From: the human T2T-CHM13v2.0 reference genome, Homo sapiens
Strand: one strand, 5' to 3'
DNA: 64,000 nt
NCBI RefSeq assembly: GCF_009914755.1
Contig: NC_060931.1
Below are positions 1-13,792 of this stretch, piece by piece. The translations under genes and the position numbers were made by a program. Position 1 is the first letter of the stretch. Each line of letters opens with the position of its first letter. A model generated the notes under the pieces. It searched no databases. It was not told the DNA's origin and was given only the letters and a program-made list of their open reading frames with translations.

Positions 1-1010
1 ATCCTTCTCCTAAAACATCACTTTGAATGACTGCATATTATTCCATTTTATGCTTGTATCACAACTTATTTAAACCCTTTTGTTATAAATTAAAGTTGCT
101 ACTTTTTTTTAGGTTTATCTGTGCTTCTTTATTATTATTTTAGTATTAGCCATAGAAGTAGAATGGTGTGGTCAAAGACAATGCAAAATCCTAAGCATCT
201 GATTAGCATAACCAAACTGCCTACATAAATATGCCTACTAACATCAGGCCAGTAGTATGAGAGAATGTCTGTTTCATTCCACTTTCCAAACACTGATATA
301 TCTGTGATAGACAGACAAAGAGGTAGGAAAAAATAGACATATATATATTTTAGCCAATATAATAGTGAAAAATATGTCATTGTTTCCATTCATATTTTTT
401 AGATTTTTCAATCAGGTTAATGTACATTATATAATATATAAATATAATTTTCTTAGTCATTTCTATTTTGTAACGTGTATATCTCTTTATTCATTTTCTA
501 CTTTTTAAAACCTTAAAATTGATTCATAACAGTGATTTATGTATCAATAATATGCTAGAATATTTTTTCCTGATTATGGTTTAAGTTAAAATTTTTTTAA
601 AAATTATGTATATTATATTATTTGTAAGTTTACTTTTCTTTGTAATTAAATATATAGCTATTTTTCTTTTGAGCTGTTCATGTTAATTTAAGAATGCTAT
701 TTCCATTGACTTTATAGTCATAGGTATTTTTTCTAACTTTTAGTGTCTTAGTTATTTCCAAAATATTTTAATCCATTAAATTTTATTCTGTCTATGGTAA
801 GAGGAGGTAAAAATCTACCTTTATTTCATTAAAATAAAAGATTATCCAGTTGTTTCAGTAACACTTTTCCAATGCCTCATCTTTTTCCTACTGAGATAAA
901 AATGCCATTTTATCATATATTAATTATGTTACATTGATTTTATGTCTAACCCTGCAACCACAGTTTTAATGGGGGTTATTGGGGCTTTAGAATATAGTTA
1001 ATATCTGACA
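1..1010 (-). mobile_element. Old L1 (L1M/L1ME-type) 3' region, heavily decayed
   Basis: Antisense L1M-like motifs (aatgactgcatattattccatt; ccagtagtatgagagaatgtctgtt; tttagccaatataatagtgaaaaat); boundaries approximate. Confidence 0.55.
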
Positions 1011-1389
1011 AAGCAAAAGCTCTTTCATTAATTTTACATTATTTTAATTAATATTTTTCTTTACAAAAACATTATACTTATTTTTCAAATTTAGAAAATG
1101 AATATAAGTAAAATAAAATGAAATAACTACCACCTAGAGATAACTATGGTTAAAACTCAAGTATATGCCTTACCAGTGATTTGTCAATGCAAAGGTACTT
1201 ATCCTACCTGATTTACATTTAACATAATCAGTTACTTACTGAACATCATTATATTAAGCTTGAAGACCAGAACTAGGTGGGCTGTGCAGCTGGTTGCTTT
1301 GTTTATCCTGACTATGTGATATCACAGTGATAAAAGTAAGAAGGGCTCTACTAAAGTTAATGCTGATGGTTTTAGAAAAAGGAAAATGG

Positions 1390-1694
<305 letters not shown>

Positions 1695-2044
1695 AGAAAA
1701 AGGAAAATGGACTAATGTTAAACACAGGCTGAATCTGCTCAATGTTTAGTTTTATTCCCAGCCAAACACTTAATAGCTATTTAAAATTCACTTTTATTAT
1801 CAAAATTCTGTCTATAACATATATATCATATATTTCATAATTTATATCATACATTTTCAGAAACATATACACCATATATTTTAGGAAATATATGATATAT
1901 ATTTCTTATCACAGTAGACTATGGCATGTGTTTTTGCTTTATACCTTACATTTGTTCATACAAAAATCTGTCTTAAACACAGGTATATGACATAAATATT
2001 TTCTACAACATGATTGTAGAAATTATACAAATTTTAATGACTTC

Positions 2045-2157
2045 ATTTTATTTTGTTTTGTTTTATTTTATTTATTTTTTATTTTACTTTAAGTTCTGGG
2101 ATACATGTGCAGAACGTACAGGTTTGTTACATAGGTATATGTGCCATGGTGGTTTGC
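2045..2157 (-). mobile_element. Short L1PA 3'-end fragment
   Basis: T-rich tail followed by tactttaagttctgggatacatgtgcagaacgt...gtgccatggtggtttgc. Confidence 0.85.
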
Positions 2158-2716
2158 ACGTATGCCCCAAAATTCATTTAATCATTTGATTTTTTTTACT
2201 TTCAGATGTTGCCAACTTTTTTTGCTCTTAAAAATAAGATCACAATTAATATACCTAAGCTAAATCTCCGCATATATATTTGATTGCTTCCTTAAAAGAA
2301 TGGATCTTTAGCTGCTGCCTAAATCAAACGGTAAGCAAATTCTAGATCTTTTATTTCACTAAGCTCAGTTACACTTTCTTTCCTTCCATCTCTTTCTTAC
2401 CAAAATCCATAACACTTTGCCTGCCTTTATTCCTCCTGCTGAACTTTAGCATCATTTAGAGAATTGTAACAATTACCTAGTAGATGTTTTGATTAAAATC
2501 ATGTTAAATTTATTAGTTCATTAAGAAAGAGCTTATTTCTATAAATTTTGCCTTTCTACCCAAAAAGTATCTTCCTCACCCACCCAAAGGCACTATATTC
2601 TAGTGACATTTTAAAAACCTGATCATTTGTAAGTAGGGTGGAACATGAATATTCAGTCAATTTAAAGACATTTTAGTTGATTTAATTACTTTAGAAAGAA
2701 AGAGAGAAAAGGATAT

Positions 2717-3103
2717 TGCGATGATCTTTTGATGTGTCGGCTTGGCTAGGCTACAGTCCCATTATTCAGTCAAATACTAATCTAGGTGTTGCTGCGAAGA
2801 TAGTTTGCAGATGTAATTAAAGTCTATAATCAGTTGATTTTTAAGTAAGGGAGGTGATCCCATATAATCTGGGTGTTCTGATTCAATCAGTTGAAGGGCC
2901 TTTTAAGCAGGGTTGAGGCTTCCCTGTGGGCAGCAGTTTCAGTCCACGCCTGAGAGGCCCAGTCTGCCCTTCTTGTCCTGCCACATAGATATCAGGCTTG
3001 CCTTCCCAGGCCCCACAATCTCTTAAATTGATTCCTTACAATCAAGCTCTTAAACTACATACCTCCTACTGATTCTGTTTCTTTTGTTGAATCCTGACAC
3101 ACA
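2717..3103 (+). mobile_element. MLT2-family (ERVL) solo LTR
   Basis: tgtgtcggcttggctaggctacagtccc...aatctaggtgttgctg...cctactgattctgtttc match the MLT2 consensus as recalled. Confidence 0.8.
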
Positions 3104-3542
3104 GAAAAAGATTTACTTTTTAGAACTTAGAAAATATCCATAATCCAAGACAATTAAGCCAATTTAAAATATTAGTCTGGCATTTAAAAATGAAGAAGCA
3201 CTTTTGTGAGACTCTTATCCAACTAGCAGCATCTCTTTCACCTGAGTTCCTGTCCTAGCCTGCTCCCTGTTTTTTATACTGTTCTTTCATTCTTGTAGCA
3301 CACTTCCTCCAGGGTAATCCATACACTGGGCTTTCCACTGAGCTCTGGGGTGTACAGATGAGTAAAGCATAGGGTTGATTGTACAGAAGCCACAGACTAA
3401 TAGGAGCAAACTGAAATATGAACAGATAAATCTTAATCCAGCATAATAATAAAAATTATTATTGAAAAAGGGGTCATAAGGTGATGAAGATACATATAGA
3501 TTTTAAGAACAGGCAAACTTAGTTCTTAGTGTTAGAAATTAG

Positions 3543-3941
<399 letters not shown>

Positions 3942-4333
3942 CAGCATTTTATTTCTTGATTAAGTGGTGGCTACATGGTTGTATTCACTTTGTTATAGTT
4001 CATCAAGCTGTGCACTTAAGATTTTAGTTCATATTGTGTATGTGTGTTATAAGTGAACAAAGGGATTTTTTTCATAAAGCAAAACCATTCTAAACAACAA
4101 AATGTAAGTAATCACACCTCAAGTAAGGAGCCCCCTGTCATACTTAAGCCAAATTAAATACTTCTTCCTTCAGAGCATCAGCCACTGTTCTAGAATTATG
4201 TGCTAACATTCTGGGGTCTGTGGCTAGACTGTGAGCTTCGGAGGGATGGGGACCATATCTCATTTAATTCTCTAGTGCTTCAAACATGACATGGAAAATG
4301 ATTACTTATTGTTTAAATAAAAAACAATTTTTA

Positions 4334-4642
<309 letters not shown>

Positions 4643-5142
4643 TTAAAATACAAAAAGAAAAGAAAAGAAAAAAAGGCTAGGGAATAACCAAGCAGCCATG
4701 AGGTTATGAGAGAATGAGGAAAGGACCTTCTCCTGTTTCTTTGGTGAGGTTCATTGCAATCTCAAAAAAAGACTACTATTCCTAAACCTGTCAGTGACAC
4801 TGCTGGGTGTCTACCAGAAGCTCTCACGCCTGTTTGGTAAGCACAGCTAAACATACAAAGTTTTATCCTGTACCACTATATCCTACCTCCTGTCTTTTAA
4901 ATCCTTGAAGGATTTTCATTCATTGGTGAACTTCTTTATGCAAATATTCCTCTTTGGAAAATTCTATTCATTGTTGTTGAAAAATAAACAACATGTTTTG
5001 CTCTCCACTGATTTCTGCATGTCAAGCATCAAGTGTGAGTGACAGGTTTTAGATTTAACAAATCGTTCTGAGTGCATCAGCCTTTGCTGCAGTTATGCGA
5101 GTTTCATATTCATCACACATCTCCAAAATACTTCCCTGCTTA

Positions 5143-5185
5143 GTAAAACACTCTGAGGTATAGTATATGAAAAGCACTATATAAT
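5143..5185 (+). mobile_element. Possible ancient SINE/LINE 3' tail (AmnSINE1/L2-clade-like)
   Basis: gtaaaacactctgag...atgaaaagcactatataa resembles the recalled tail GTAAAGCGCTTTGAG...ATGAAAAGCGCTATATAA, with CpG decay. Confidence 0.4.
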
Positions 5186-5334
5186 CCCCAGCAGAGTGCA
5201 GAATGAAAAATCCTGTATTTAAAGATTAATGATTCTTTTAGCTGCACAACTGACTTATGGAACTGTCTATTTTTTAAGTATGGAGCTATGACTGAGATGC
5301 TTATATTAAACAGACAGAAAAGGTCTTAACTGAG

Positions 5335-5381
5335 ATCGCTACTGAGCAGGAAAAGCATCCAGTTTCCTGCTCAGTAGCGAT
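5335..5381. repeat. Perfect 19-bp inverted repeat with 9-nt loop
   Basis: atcgctactgagcaggaaa (5335-5353) / tttcctgctcagtagcgat (5363-5381). Confidence 0.98.
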
Positions 5382-5438
5382 TTACTTGCACCATATAGGA
5401 CTTGGAATCATGAATTCTAATGAGAACAAATTCACATC

Positions 5439-5731
5439 TGGTCAAATCTCAATTATCTGAATGTGGCTTATCCACTCTGCTGAGTATCTATAGAAGCACA
5501 AAATTTAAACTGTTATTTTCTCTGCCATCCTACTTGCTTCTCAGCTGCCTCTGTCCTACCACCAGCTGTTATACAGTTAGGAATTAAAAATAATCTTAAT
5601 GTTAGCATAACCAAAATGTTAACTATCACAGAGCAAAATTCATATATAATGCAACAAACCCGACTAACCATTTTTTTTAGACTATCTAGGACTGGTTTTC
5701 TCCATTGTAGTTGACTATTGAGATTTAACCA
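5439..5731. mobile_element. Old non-autonomous DNA transposon (TcMar/Tigger-like MITE)
   Basis: Terminal inverted repeats tggtcaaatctcaattatc / gactattgagatttaacca (16/19), TA after the right end. Confidence 0.55.
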
Positions 5732-6044
5732 TATCTCTAAGTCTAGTTCTTATCTTCAAAATACTGCAATGTTCACCTGGTTTTTTTTTTCAACATTAAA
5801 AACTTGCATTAAGCAGACTTTCAGAGTCACAGGTGGCTTAAACACATTAATAAATCCATGTTTTTCTCAAAATAAGTTTTGTATATGACTCACACACAAA
5901 ATTTACAAGAAGGAAAACAAAACAAAACAAAAATTCAGACTTTTAGCATTATAACAAAAACTATGCTGGAATGTGCCTGTTGAAAGGAATCCACTGTGGG
6001 TAATTTATTAGGAAAAACAATTGGAGTCTAATATAGCATGAATC

Positions 6045-6420
6045 TCAGCCAAAAATATAGGAATTATATACAGGAACTAACTATTGATACATGCAGCAAA
6101 TTGGATGAATCTCAAATGTATTATGCCAAGTGAAAGAAGCCAGACTCAAAAGGCTATACACTGTCTGATTACATTTATTGTGACATTCTGGAAAGAGAAG
6201 GACAATAGAGATAAGGAACAAATCAGTGTTTGCCAGGATTAGGGCTGGGAATAAAAATTGATTGCAAAGATGAAGCATGAAGGAATTTTTGTGCATGTAT
6301 GTTTGTGATGGAAAGGTAACAGGATTGTCATTGTGGTTACAGTATTTTATGCATTTTTCAAACTTATGAAACTGTATACCAAAAAGGGTAAATTTTATAT
6401 AAATTTTAAAATAAAATGTT
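6045..6420 (+). mobile_element. L1M (MB/MC/ME-type) 3' end
   Basis: gatacatgcagcaaattggatgaatctcaaa...aagtgaaagaagccagactcaaaaggct. Confidence 0.85.
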
Positions 6421-6935
6421 AAAGTTTGTGATTGAATCAGGAAGAAAAATATGATAAAATATTATTATCACAACGAAATCACTCAAAAGTTCAGCTCAGT
6501 CAAATCATATTGTTGAATGGAAACAATTCCTACTAAGAGTCTTACAAACAGTAGCAATCCCAACAGTCCCTGAAACAATTCTAAACTTAGTCAAATATAG
6601 ATGTGAGCACAGGAAGATAATTTCTATACACTGAGCTATGTCAAGTATATTTTCTCAACCAGGTGAAAATAAATACATCCCAAATAAACTCAAGTGTTCT
6701 CTAAGTGTTTAAGAAAGAAATATCACTGTTCTTGCTTATGCCATGTCTACACTTTTTGGTTTCATGTAATCTCTGATCTCTTTCTTTCTAGCTTCATACT
6801 CTTCTAGACTTCCACTTAAGAAGAGCGAATCAATATATCTTCTATCATGTCTGAAATCTTAGTTCCCAAGTTTTATGCCTCTGTACCAGCATTTCTCAAA
6901 ATGTGGTCCAAAGCAGAGAAATTAGAGTAATTTAC

Positions 6936-7552
6936 TCTGGTAGACCAAATAATGGCTCTTCAAAGAGATTAATGTCCTGATTCCCTGGAACCCATGAATA
7001 GGTTCCATTATTTGGCAAAAGGTATTTTGCAGATGTAACTAGGGTTACAGATCCCAAAATAAAGAGATTAGCCTCAAATATCCAGGTGGGCCCAGTCTAA
7101 CCACATGAATAAGTGGAGAGCTTTCTCCAGGTAAGAGCAGGATAGTTGAGGTAGAAGTCAAAGAGATAGGAAGCATGAAATGAACTCAAATCTCCATTGC
7201 TGGCTTTGAAGAAGAAGGAGGCCATGAGCCAAGAAATGAAAGATGCTTCTAGCCTCTAAGAATGACCTCCAGCCAACAGCCAGCAAGGAAACATAGACTT
7301 GGTCCTATAGACACATGGAAGTGAATTCTGCAAATGACCTGAATGAACCTGAAAGTGGATTCTCCCCTAGAAGCCCCAGAGAGGATCCCAGGTGGTAGGC
7401 ATCTTAATCTCAGTCTTGTGACATTCTAAGCAAAAGAATCAGTTGAGGAGATAGATCTGTGATGCACAAAAATTATGAGATAATAAATTTGTGTTGTTGA
7501 AAACTGCTAAATCTGTGGTAATTTGCTACAGTGGCAACAGAAGACTAATACA
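6936..7552 (+). mobile_element. MLT1E-type MaLR solo LTR
   Basis: MLT1 motifs (tttgcagatgtaa, cagccagcaaggaaac, tgtggtaatttgctaca) ending ctaataca. Confidence 0.85.
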
Positions 7553-8655
7553 CCTCATGAATCATAATTGTTAAGGGTGATACCTGAGAGTTTATATGGA
7601 AATTCTTATGCATACTCCATTTGGTAATCTCTTTTCTTCATCTTCCTCCTCAAATGCATTTCATATTAACAAGTCAGACCCAAACCATCATCCTCTCTAT
7701 CTGGAAAGTCTAATGTCATTGGTCATCTAGTCTTTGATTGCTCTTTAACTGGGCACCCTCTTAACACTTACATAATTAAACTGTAGAATATTAATTGCAT
7801 TAGTTATTATATTCTATTATAAAAATTCATTGTAATTATTTACATTTGTAGTATATACCCACAGATTCTAATTCTATGGTTTAAACTTCTGGAAGATAAA
7901 AGTTGTTTTCTATTTCTCCTGAGAACTATTACAAAGTACTTGATTTAATGATAGAATTTTATGGAAAAGGTAAAATACCTGATATGACTAAGAAGTTTCA
8001 AAGAAATAGAGCAATTCTCAACATCAGAGAGTGTTTAGGGAAGGATGTGAATGACTCCTGAGATGCAACATGAGCTGGAGGTGACCTTGGTGATTCTACC
8101 ACAGACCAGGTGCTGGCCCTCATCTTTGCAAATGAAAACTGAATTTTGTCAGTATGCTGAGTGTCTCATTTCTTAAAAGAATGGGCTAGTCCTATCAAGC
8201 TCACAAAGGCTGAGGTAGAAGACCAGATGTTAATGTATTATTTTGGAATGGTATCAATGTCAAACAGAAAATGGTCTTGATCCTTTGATAAGCTACACAG
8301 AACAACTATTTGGTGAGCTCATACTCAAAACAGGAGGATTTTAGTATATTACTGAAATGTGTATTCTGGTTTTGATAAATTGATTTATTCATCTCTACAA
8401 CAGACATGTAGAAATATCTGATGGAAATACCTAGTTGGAAAGTTAATAGTTTTGCCAGTTTGATTTTTTTCTCAATCCTGATTGTGATTAATACATACTA
8501 TCACTATGAATGTTAATACTACCCATCAAGTTTTGCCCAAAGGCTACTTTGTCTCATGTTAACTTTGTATATCCCTGCTCTATTCATTTTGTCTAGATTT
8601 TACCATATAACTGTCAGTGGAAGATTTTATTTATAATTTCATGGGAAAAGTGACT

Positions 8656-11031
8656 TGATATAGTTTTGGGTGTCCCCTCCAAATCTCATGTTGAGAGGTG
8701 ATCCCCAGTGTTGGAGGTGGGGCTTGGTGGGAGGTGTTTAGATCATAGGGGTGGATCCCTTGTGGCTTCTTGCTGTCCTTGCAGTAGTGAATGAGTTACT
8801 CACAAGATCTGGTTGTTTAAAAGTGTGCGGCACTTCTATGCCCCCTATTCTCTCTTTGGCTCCTGCTTTAGTCATGTGACATGCTGGCTCCCTCTTTGCC
8901 TGCTGCTATGAGTAAAAACTCCCTGAGGCCTCCCTAGAAGCTGAGCAGATGCTAGTACCATGCTTCCTGTACAGCCTGCAGAACCATGAGCCAATTAAGC
9001 CTCTTCTCTTTATAGACTATCCAGTCTCAGTTATTTTGTTACAGCAATGCAAGAATGGCCTAATACAGAAAATTGGTACCAGGAGTAAGATATTGGTATA
9101 AAGATACTTGAAAATCTGGAAGCAGCTTTGGAACTGAGTGGCAGGCAGAGGTTGGAAGGGTTTGGAGGGCTCGAAGGACAGGAAGATGAGGGAAGCCTTG
9201 AAACTTTTTAGAGACTAGTTAAATGCTTGTGACTGAATTCTGATAGTTATTTGGACAATAAAATCCAGGCTGCCAAGGTCTCAGATGGAAATGAGGAACT
9301 TATTGCGAACTAGAGGAAAGGCCACCCATGTTATGCCTTAGCAGAGGGCTTGGCTGCATTGTGTTCATGTCCTATGGATCTGTGGAAGTTTAAACTTGAG
9401 AGTAATAATTTAAGGTATCTGGCGGAAGAAATGTCTAAGGAGCAAAGCATTCAAGCTGTAGCCTGACTGCTTTTAAAAGCCCAACTTCGATACAGGAGCA
9501 AATATATAACTTAAAGTTGGAATTTATATTTAAACAGGAAGCAGAGCAAAATATTTGTAAAATTTGCAGCCTGGCCATGTGACAGAGAAAGAAAAAGCTT
9601 TTTTGAAATAGGAATACAAGCAGGCTGTGGAGCAATCACTTGTTAGAGAGATTTGCATAATTAAGAAGGAGCTGAGTGCCAATAGCCAAGAATATGGAAA
9701 AAGTGCCTCAAAGGCATTTCAGAGATCTTCTAGGCAGGCTTCTGCCTGGGCACCCAGGCTTTTCCATACATCCTCTGAAATCTAGGTGGAGGCCACCAAG
9801 CCTTCTTCACTCTTGCACTCTGTGTGCCTACTACCAGTATGATCACAAAGGTCCAGGACGATTGATTGGTTTCAGGGGCCAGTCCCAAGTCACAACTGCC
9901 CTGTGCCACCCTAGGAGGTTGCTCCTCACATCCTGGCAGATCTGGCCCCAGTCTTGGCTCAAAGGGCTCCAGATACAGCTTAGGCCGCTGCTTCAGAGGG
10001 TGCGAGCCATAAACCTTCATGGTTTCCACATGGTTTTAAGTCTGTAGGAGAGCAAGAGTGAAGAAGGCTTGGTAGTCTCCACCTAGACATCAGAGGATGC
10101 ATGGAAAAGCCTGGGTGCCCAGGCAGAAGCTTGCTACAGAAAAAGAGCCCTCACAGAGATATTCTACTAAGGCAGTGTGAAAGGAAAATATGAGGTTGGA
10201 GGCCCCACACAGAGTCCCCACTGGTGTACTAACAGAGTTGTGAGAAGAGGGTGGTGGGGCTGAACCCTACAAAGCCACAGAGGCAGAGTTGCCCAAGGCC
10301 TTGGGAGCCTACCCTTGCTGCAGTGTGCCCTAAATATGGGACATGGAGTCAAAGGAGATTATTTTGGAGCCTTAAGATTTAATGACTGCCTTGATGGGTT
10401 TCAAACTTGCATGGGGCCTATAGCCCCATTCTTTTGGCTGATTTCTCTCTTTTGGAATGGGAATGTTTACCCAATGCCTGTACCCACATTGCATCTTGGA
10501 AGGAAATAACTTGTTTTGATTTTACAGCTCATAGGTGAAAGGAACTCATTTCAGTTGAGATTTTGGAATTCAGACTTGGGACTTTTGAGTTAATGTTGGA
10601 ATGAGTTAAGGCTTTAGGGGACTATTGAGATGATTATATTTTGCAGTGTGAGAAGGATTTGGGATTTGGGGAGCCAGGGTTGTAATAATATAGTTTGGAT
10701 ATCACCCCCAAATCTCATGTTGAGATGTAGTTCTCCAGTGTTGGAGGTGAGGACTGGTGGGAGGTATTTGGGTCATAGGGGCAGATCCCTCATTGCTTGG
10801 TACTATCCTCATGATAATGAATGAGTTCTCACAAGATCTGGTTGCTTAAAAATGTGTGGTACCCCCCATACCCTCTTGTTCCTGCTTTCACCATGTGATG
10901 TGCTGGCTCCCGCTTTGCCTCCTGCCATCAGTAAAATCTCCCTGATGCCTCCCCAGAAGCCAAGCAGATGCCAGCAGCCTCCAGTATTTCTCAGGTATTT
11001 CTTTATAGCAGTGCAAGAATGGTCTAATACA
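8656..11031 (+). mobile_element. MST-family MaLR provirus: 5' LTR 8656-9067, internal 9068-10685, 3' LTR 10686-11031
   Basis: Two homologous LTRs (t[g/a]atatagttt...ctaataca); internal region begins gaaaattggtacc; 5-bp TSD tgact/tgacc; the 3' LTR has an internal deletion. Confidence 0.93.
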
Positions 11032-11548
11032 TGACCTAATTGTCAATACCATGTATTCTCTGATGTATTAAACAGACAAACAAAAATCACAAGGAATTGA
11101 ACCAAAAAATAATTTGATTTATAAGACAATTTAAAAATATGGTCTTATTATTAACTCAGACTTTTTGTTGTTGTAGTTTTGGTTCAAAATATCTATCTCT
11201 TATTATTTTAACTTGATTTGAAACGTTGTACTCATTTCAAAATTACTTTTGCTTACCCAAATTGTGTTCTCTTGACAAGCCTGATGATTTTGAACCTTTC
11301 ACTTTCATAGAGATATTACAAATGTCTGTTATGCATATCTCATACCTAAAGACACAAATACCTTGGCAATATAGAAAAGGAAAGAATAAATTATCATTTT
11401 TGGTATTTTAGAAAATTCTTCTTTCTCCAAAATCTACCTGAATTCTTTATTTTTTTGAGACAACAATAATTAGGATAAACAAACATCAGGTAGGTATGTT
11501 ATTTGTAATACTCGGAAAAAATATAAGCAAGCATTTTACAGAAGATAA

Positions 11549-11913
<365 letters not shown>

Positions 11914-12289
11914 CATATAGAGATTTTAACTCCAGTGTTTCTGACCTAAAATCTCCCTGTCTTTGGCCAGTAGTACTCCATGCTGTGTCAGAATTCCAAG
12001 AACCTCTTAATACACAACACCGAGAGGTATAGTAACTTGTAATCTATGATTACAGATTGTAGTAACTATCATTCTATAATTATACATTTTTTTTTAGTTG
12101 AAAGGGGCCTCAGGCATCACCTTCCCGCCTACATCTCTGAAAGACATCTCTGTAAGCGAATAGTTATCTGGAAAAAAAATCTCATCAGCACAGCAATATG
12201 ATTCCATTGCTCTGGTTTCATTTTGGGGCAAGTCTATTCGCAAATATATATATTCAACCAAGTGAAAGTCTGTCTCTGGAACATCCACC

Positions 12290-12680
12290 TGTTAGTCTCC
12301 TGGTTTGCCCTCAGGAGTTACACAGACTAAATTGGCTCCCTCTTTCTTTATATCAATAGTTTTAATTAGATACACCTCAATTTCTCTATCTCTTCAACTA
12401 TAATGAATATGAAATTATTTTCCTTCTCTGCAGTCTTATTTAAATGTGAGATCCACTATGGAACATTCCACTGCTAGGATAGTCTGCTAAGTGCAGATGT
12501 CAATGAAAAAACTACTCCAAGACTATTGTTATAATCCAAATCACACCACTCTTCTTACCATCTATGTCACACAATTTGCCCATATTAAATTTGTGCTCAA
12601 TATATGACTCTAAATGCATACCTTTATGTTTCTCTCTTAAATGCCATTTTTTTTGTACTTGTCAGCCCACAATTAAGGCC
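12290..12680 (-). mobile_element. Possible CR1/L3 fragment
   Basis: Weak resemblance to antisense L3 motifs (ttaaatgccatt...tgtcagcccac). Confidence 0.3.
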
Positions 12681-12691
12681 CTTAAAAATTA

Positions 12692-13704
12692 TAGGAGTTA
12701 TTTGCATGATAGTGCAGGATTACAAAAATGACTGCATGATGAAACTGTGCAAAGTAGTCTTAATAATCAGTGGAAAAAATGCAATTGTTCCATGACCTTT
12801 ACATTTTTTTGTCAAAACATTAAAATCTTCATATTGTTAGATATAAATAGGAATGTATAAGAAAATGTAAGATAGTTAAACTAATATTTATTTAGTACAT
12901 GAACTTTAAACATTGGGAACATTGAGAATTAAAAAAATAATTTTTAGTAAAAACTTTAACAGATCTTGCCTTCTTATTGTATAATTTACAATGCAGAGTT
13001 ATTGTCCATGCTTTGGCAGATTGTCATATAGACTAAGTTTGGATCTGCTTCCAACACTTTATCTTTTGTGCTTTCAATGTTGTGAAATATCTGAGAGTTC
13101 CTTTAAAATGAAGTATTTGTCAGTATCACTTCCTCAGGGCTGTCATCCTTTTTGTCACTTCCCTTAATTGTCAGTAAGTTCACCTTCATTAAATTTCCAT
13201 GGCTGCGTGCTAGAGTCTCCAACAGTGGCAGTGCCAACCTTCCCATGGTGAGCTATTTCTTTCATAACTCCATTTATGTTTGATTTAAATTTCACTTCTA
13301 GCACTATTATTCATCATTTATTTGGTGCACTTTCATTTTTGTTGGTTATACCGTCTGATTACCCATTTTCATAAATTGTCACACGGGTTTGTCATGGAGA
13401 GACCAGAAGGCAACACAACTCTAAGTTTTGCTGTCTGTACTTAAACTGAATAACAGATGCAAAGTGATCAGTCACTGACAGACTTTGAAAGATGTGATAT
13501 GATTGGTCACTGATCAAGATGTTCATCTGTTACTTATTTAGTGATCTGTGAACTCAAGAGCTACTAGCAAAGTTTTTACTTTGTGCAATTAGTCACATCT
13601 TATAGAGCATGATAAAATGAACTGTGTTCTTGAGCAACTAGTTCTATTTAACTAAACCATGGTAACTGAAATTTGTGCACATTGTGCCAAGTGAAGATTG
13701 CGTG
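12692..13704 (-). mobile_element. Tigger-family DNA transposon, near full-length non-autonomous copy (Tigger13-like)
   Basis: Ends resemble CAGGCAGTCCTCGCTTTGCAC-type TIRs followed by TA; internal taagtttggatctgcttccaaca and gattggtcactgatca motifs. Confidence 0.8.
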
Positions 13705-13756
13705 TATTCTGCTACCCAGGGCAGTGCTAATAATAATCTCCTCCTATTACACACGC

Positions 13757-13758
<2 letters not shown>

Positions 13759-13790
<32 letters not shown>
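13759..13790. repeat. (AC)16 microsatellite
   Basis: Read directly from the sequence. Confidence 0.98.

Positions 13791-13792
<2 letters not shown>

Noticed and set aside
2206-2330. Exon-like acceptor/donor pair
   Set aside because: Lies in antisense L1-derived T-rich DNA where pseudo-splice sites are frequent; no other support.
13460-13535. Imperfect hairpin taacagatg...catctgtta
   Set aside because: Appears to be intrinsic to the Tigger element rather than specific to this locus.
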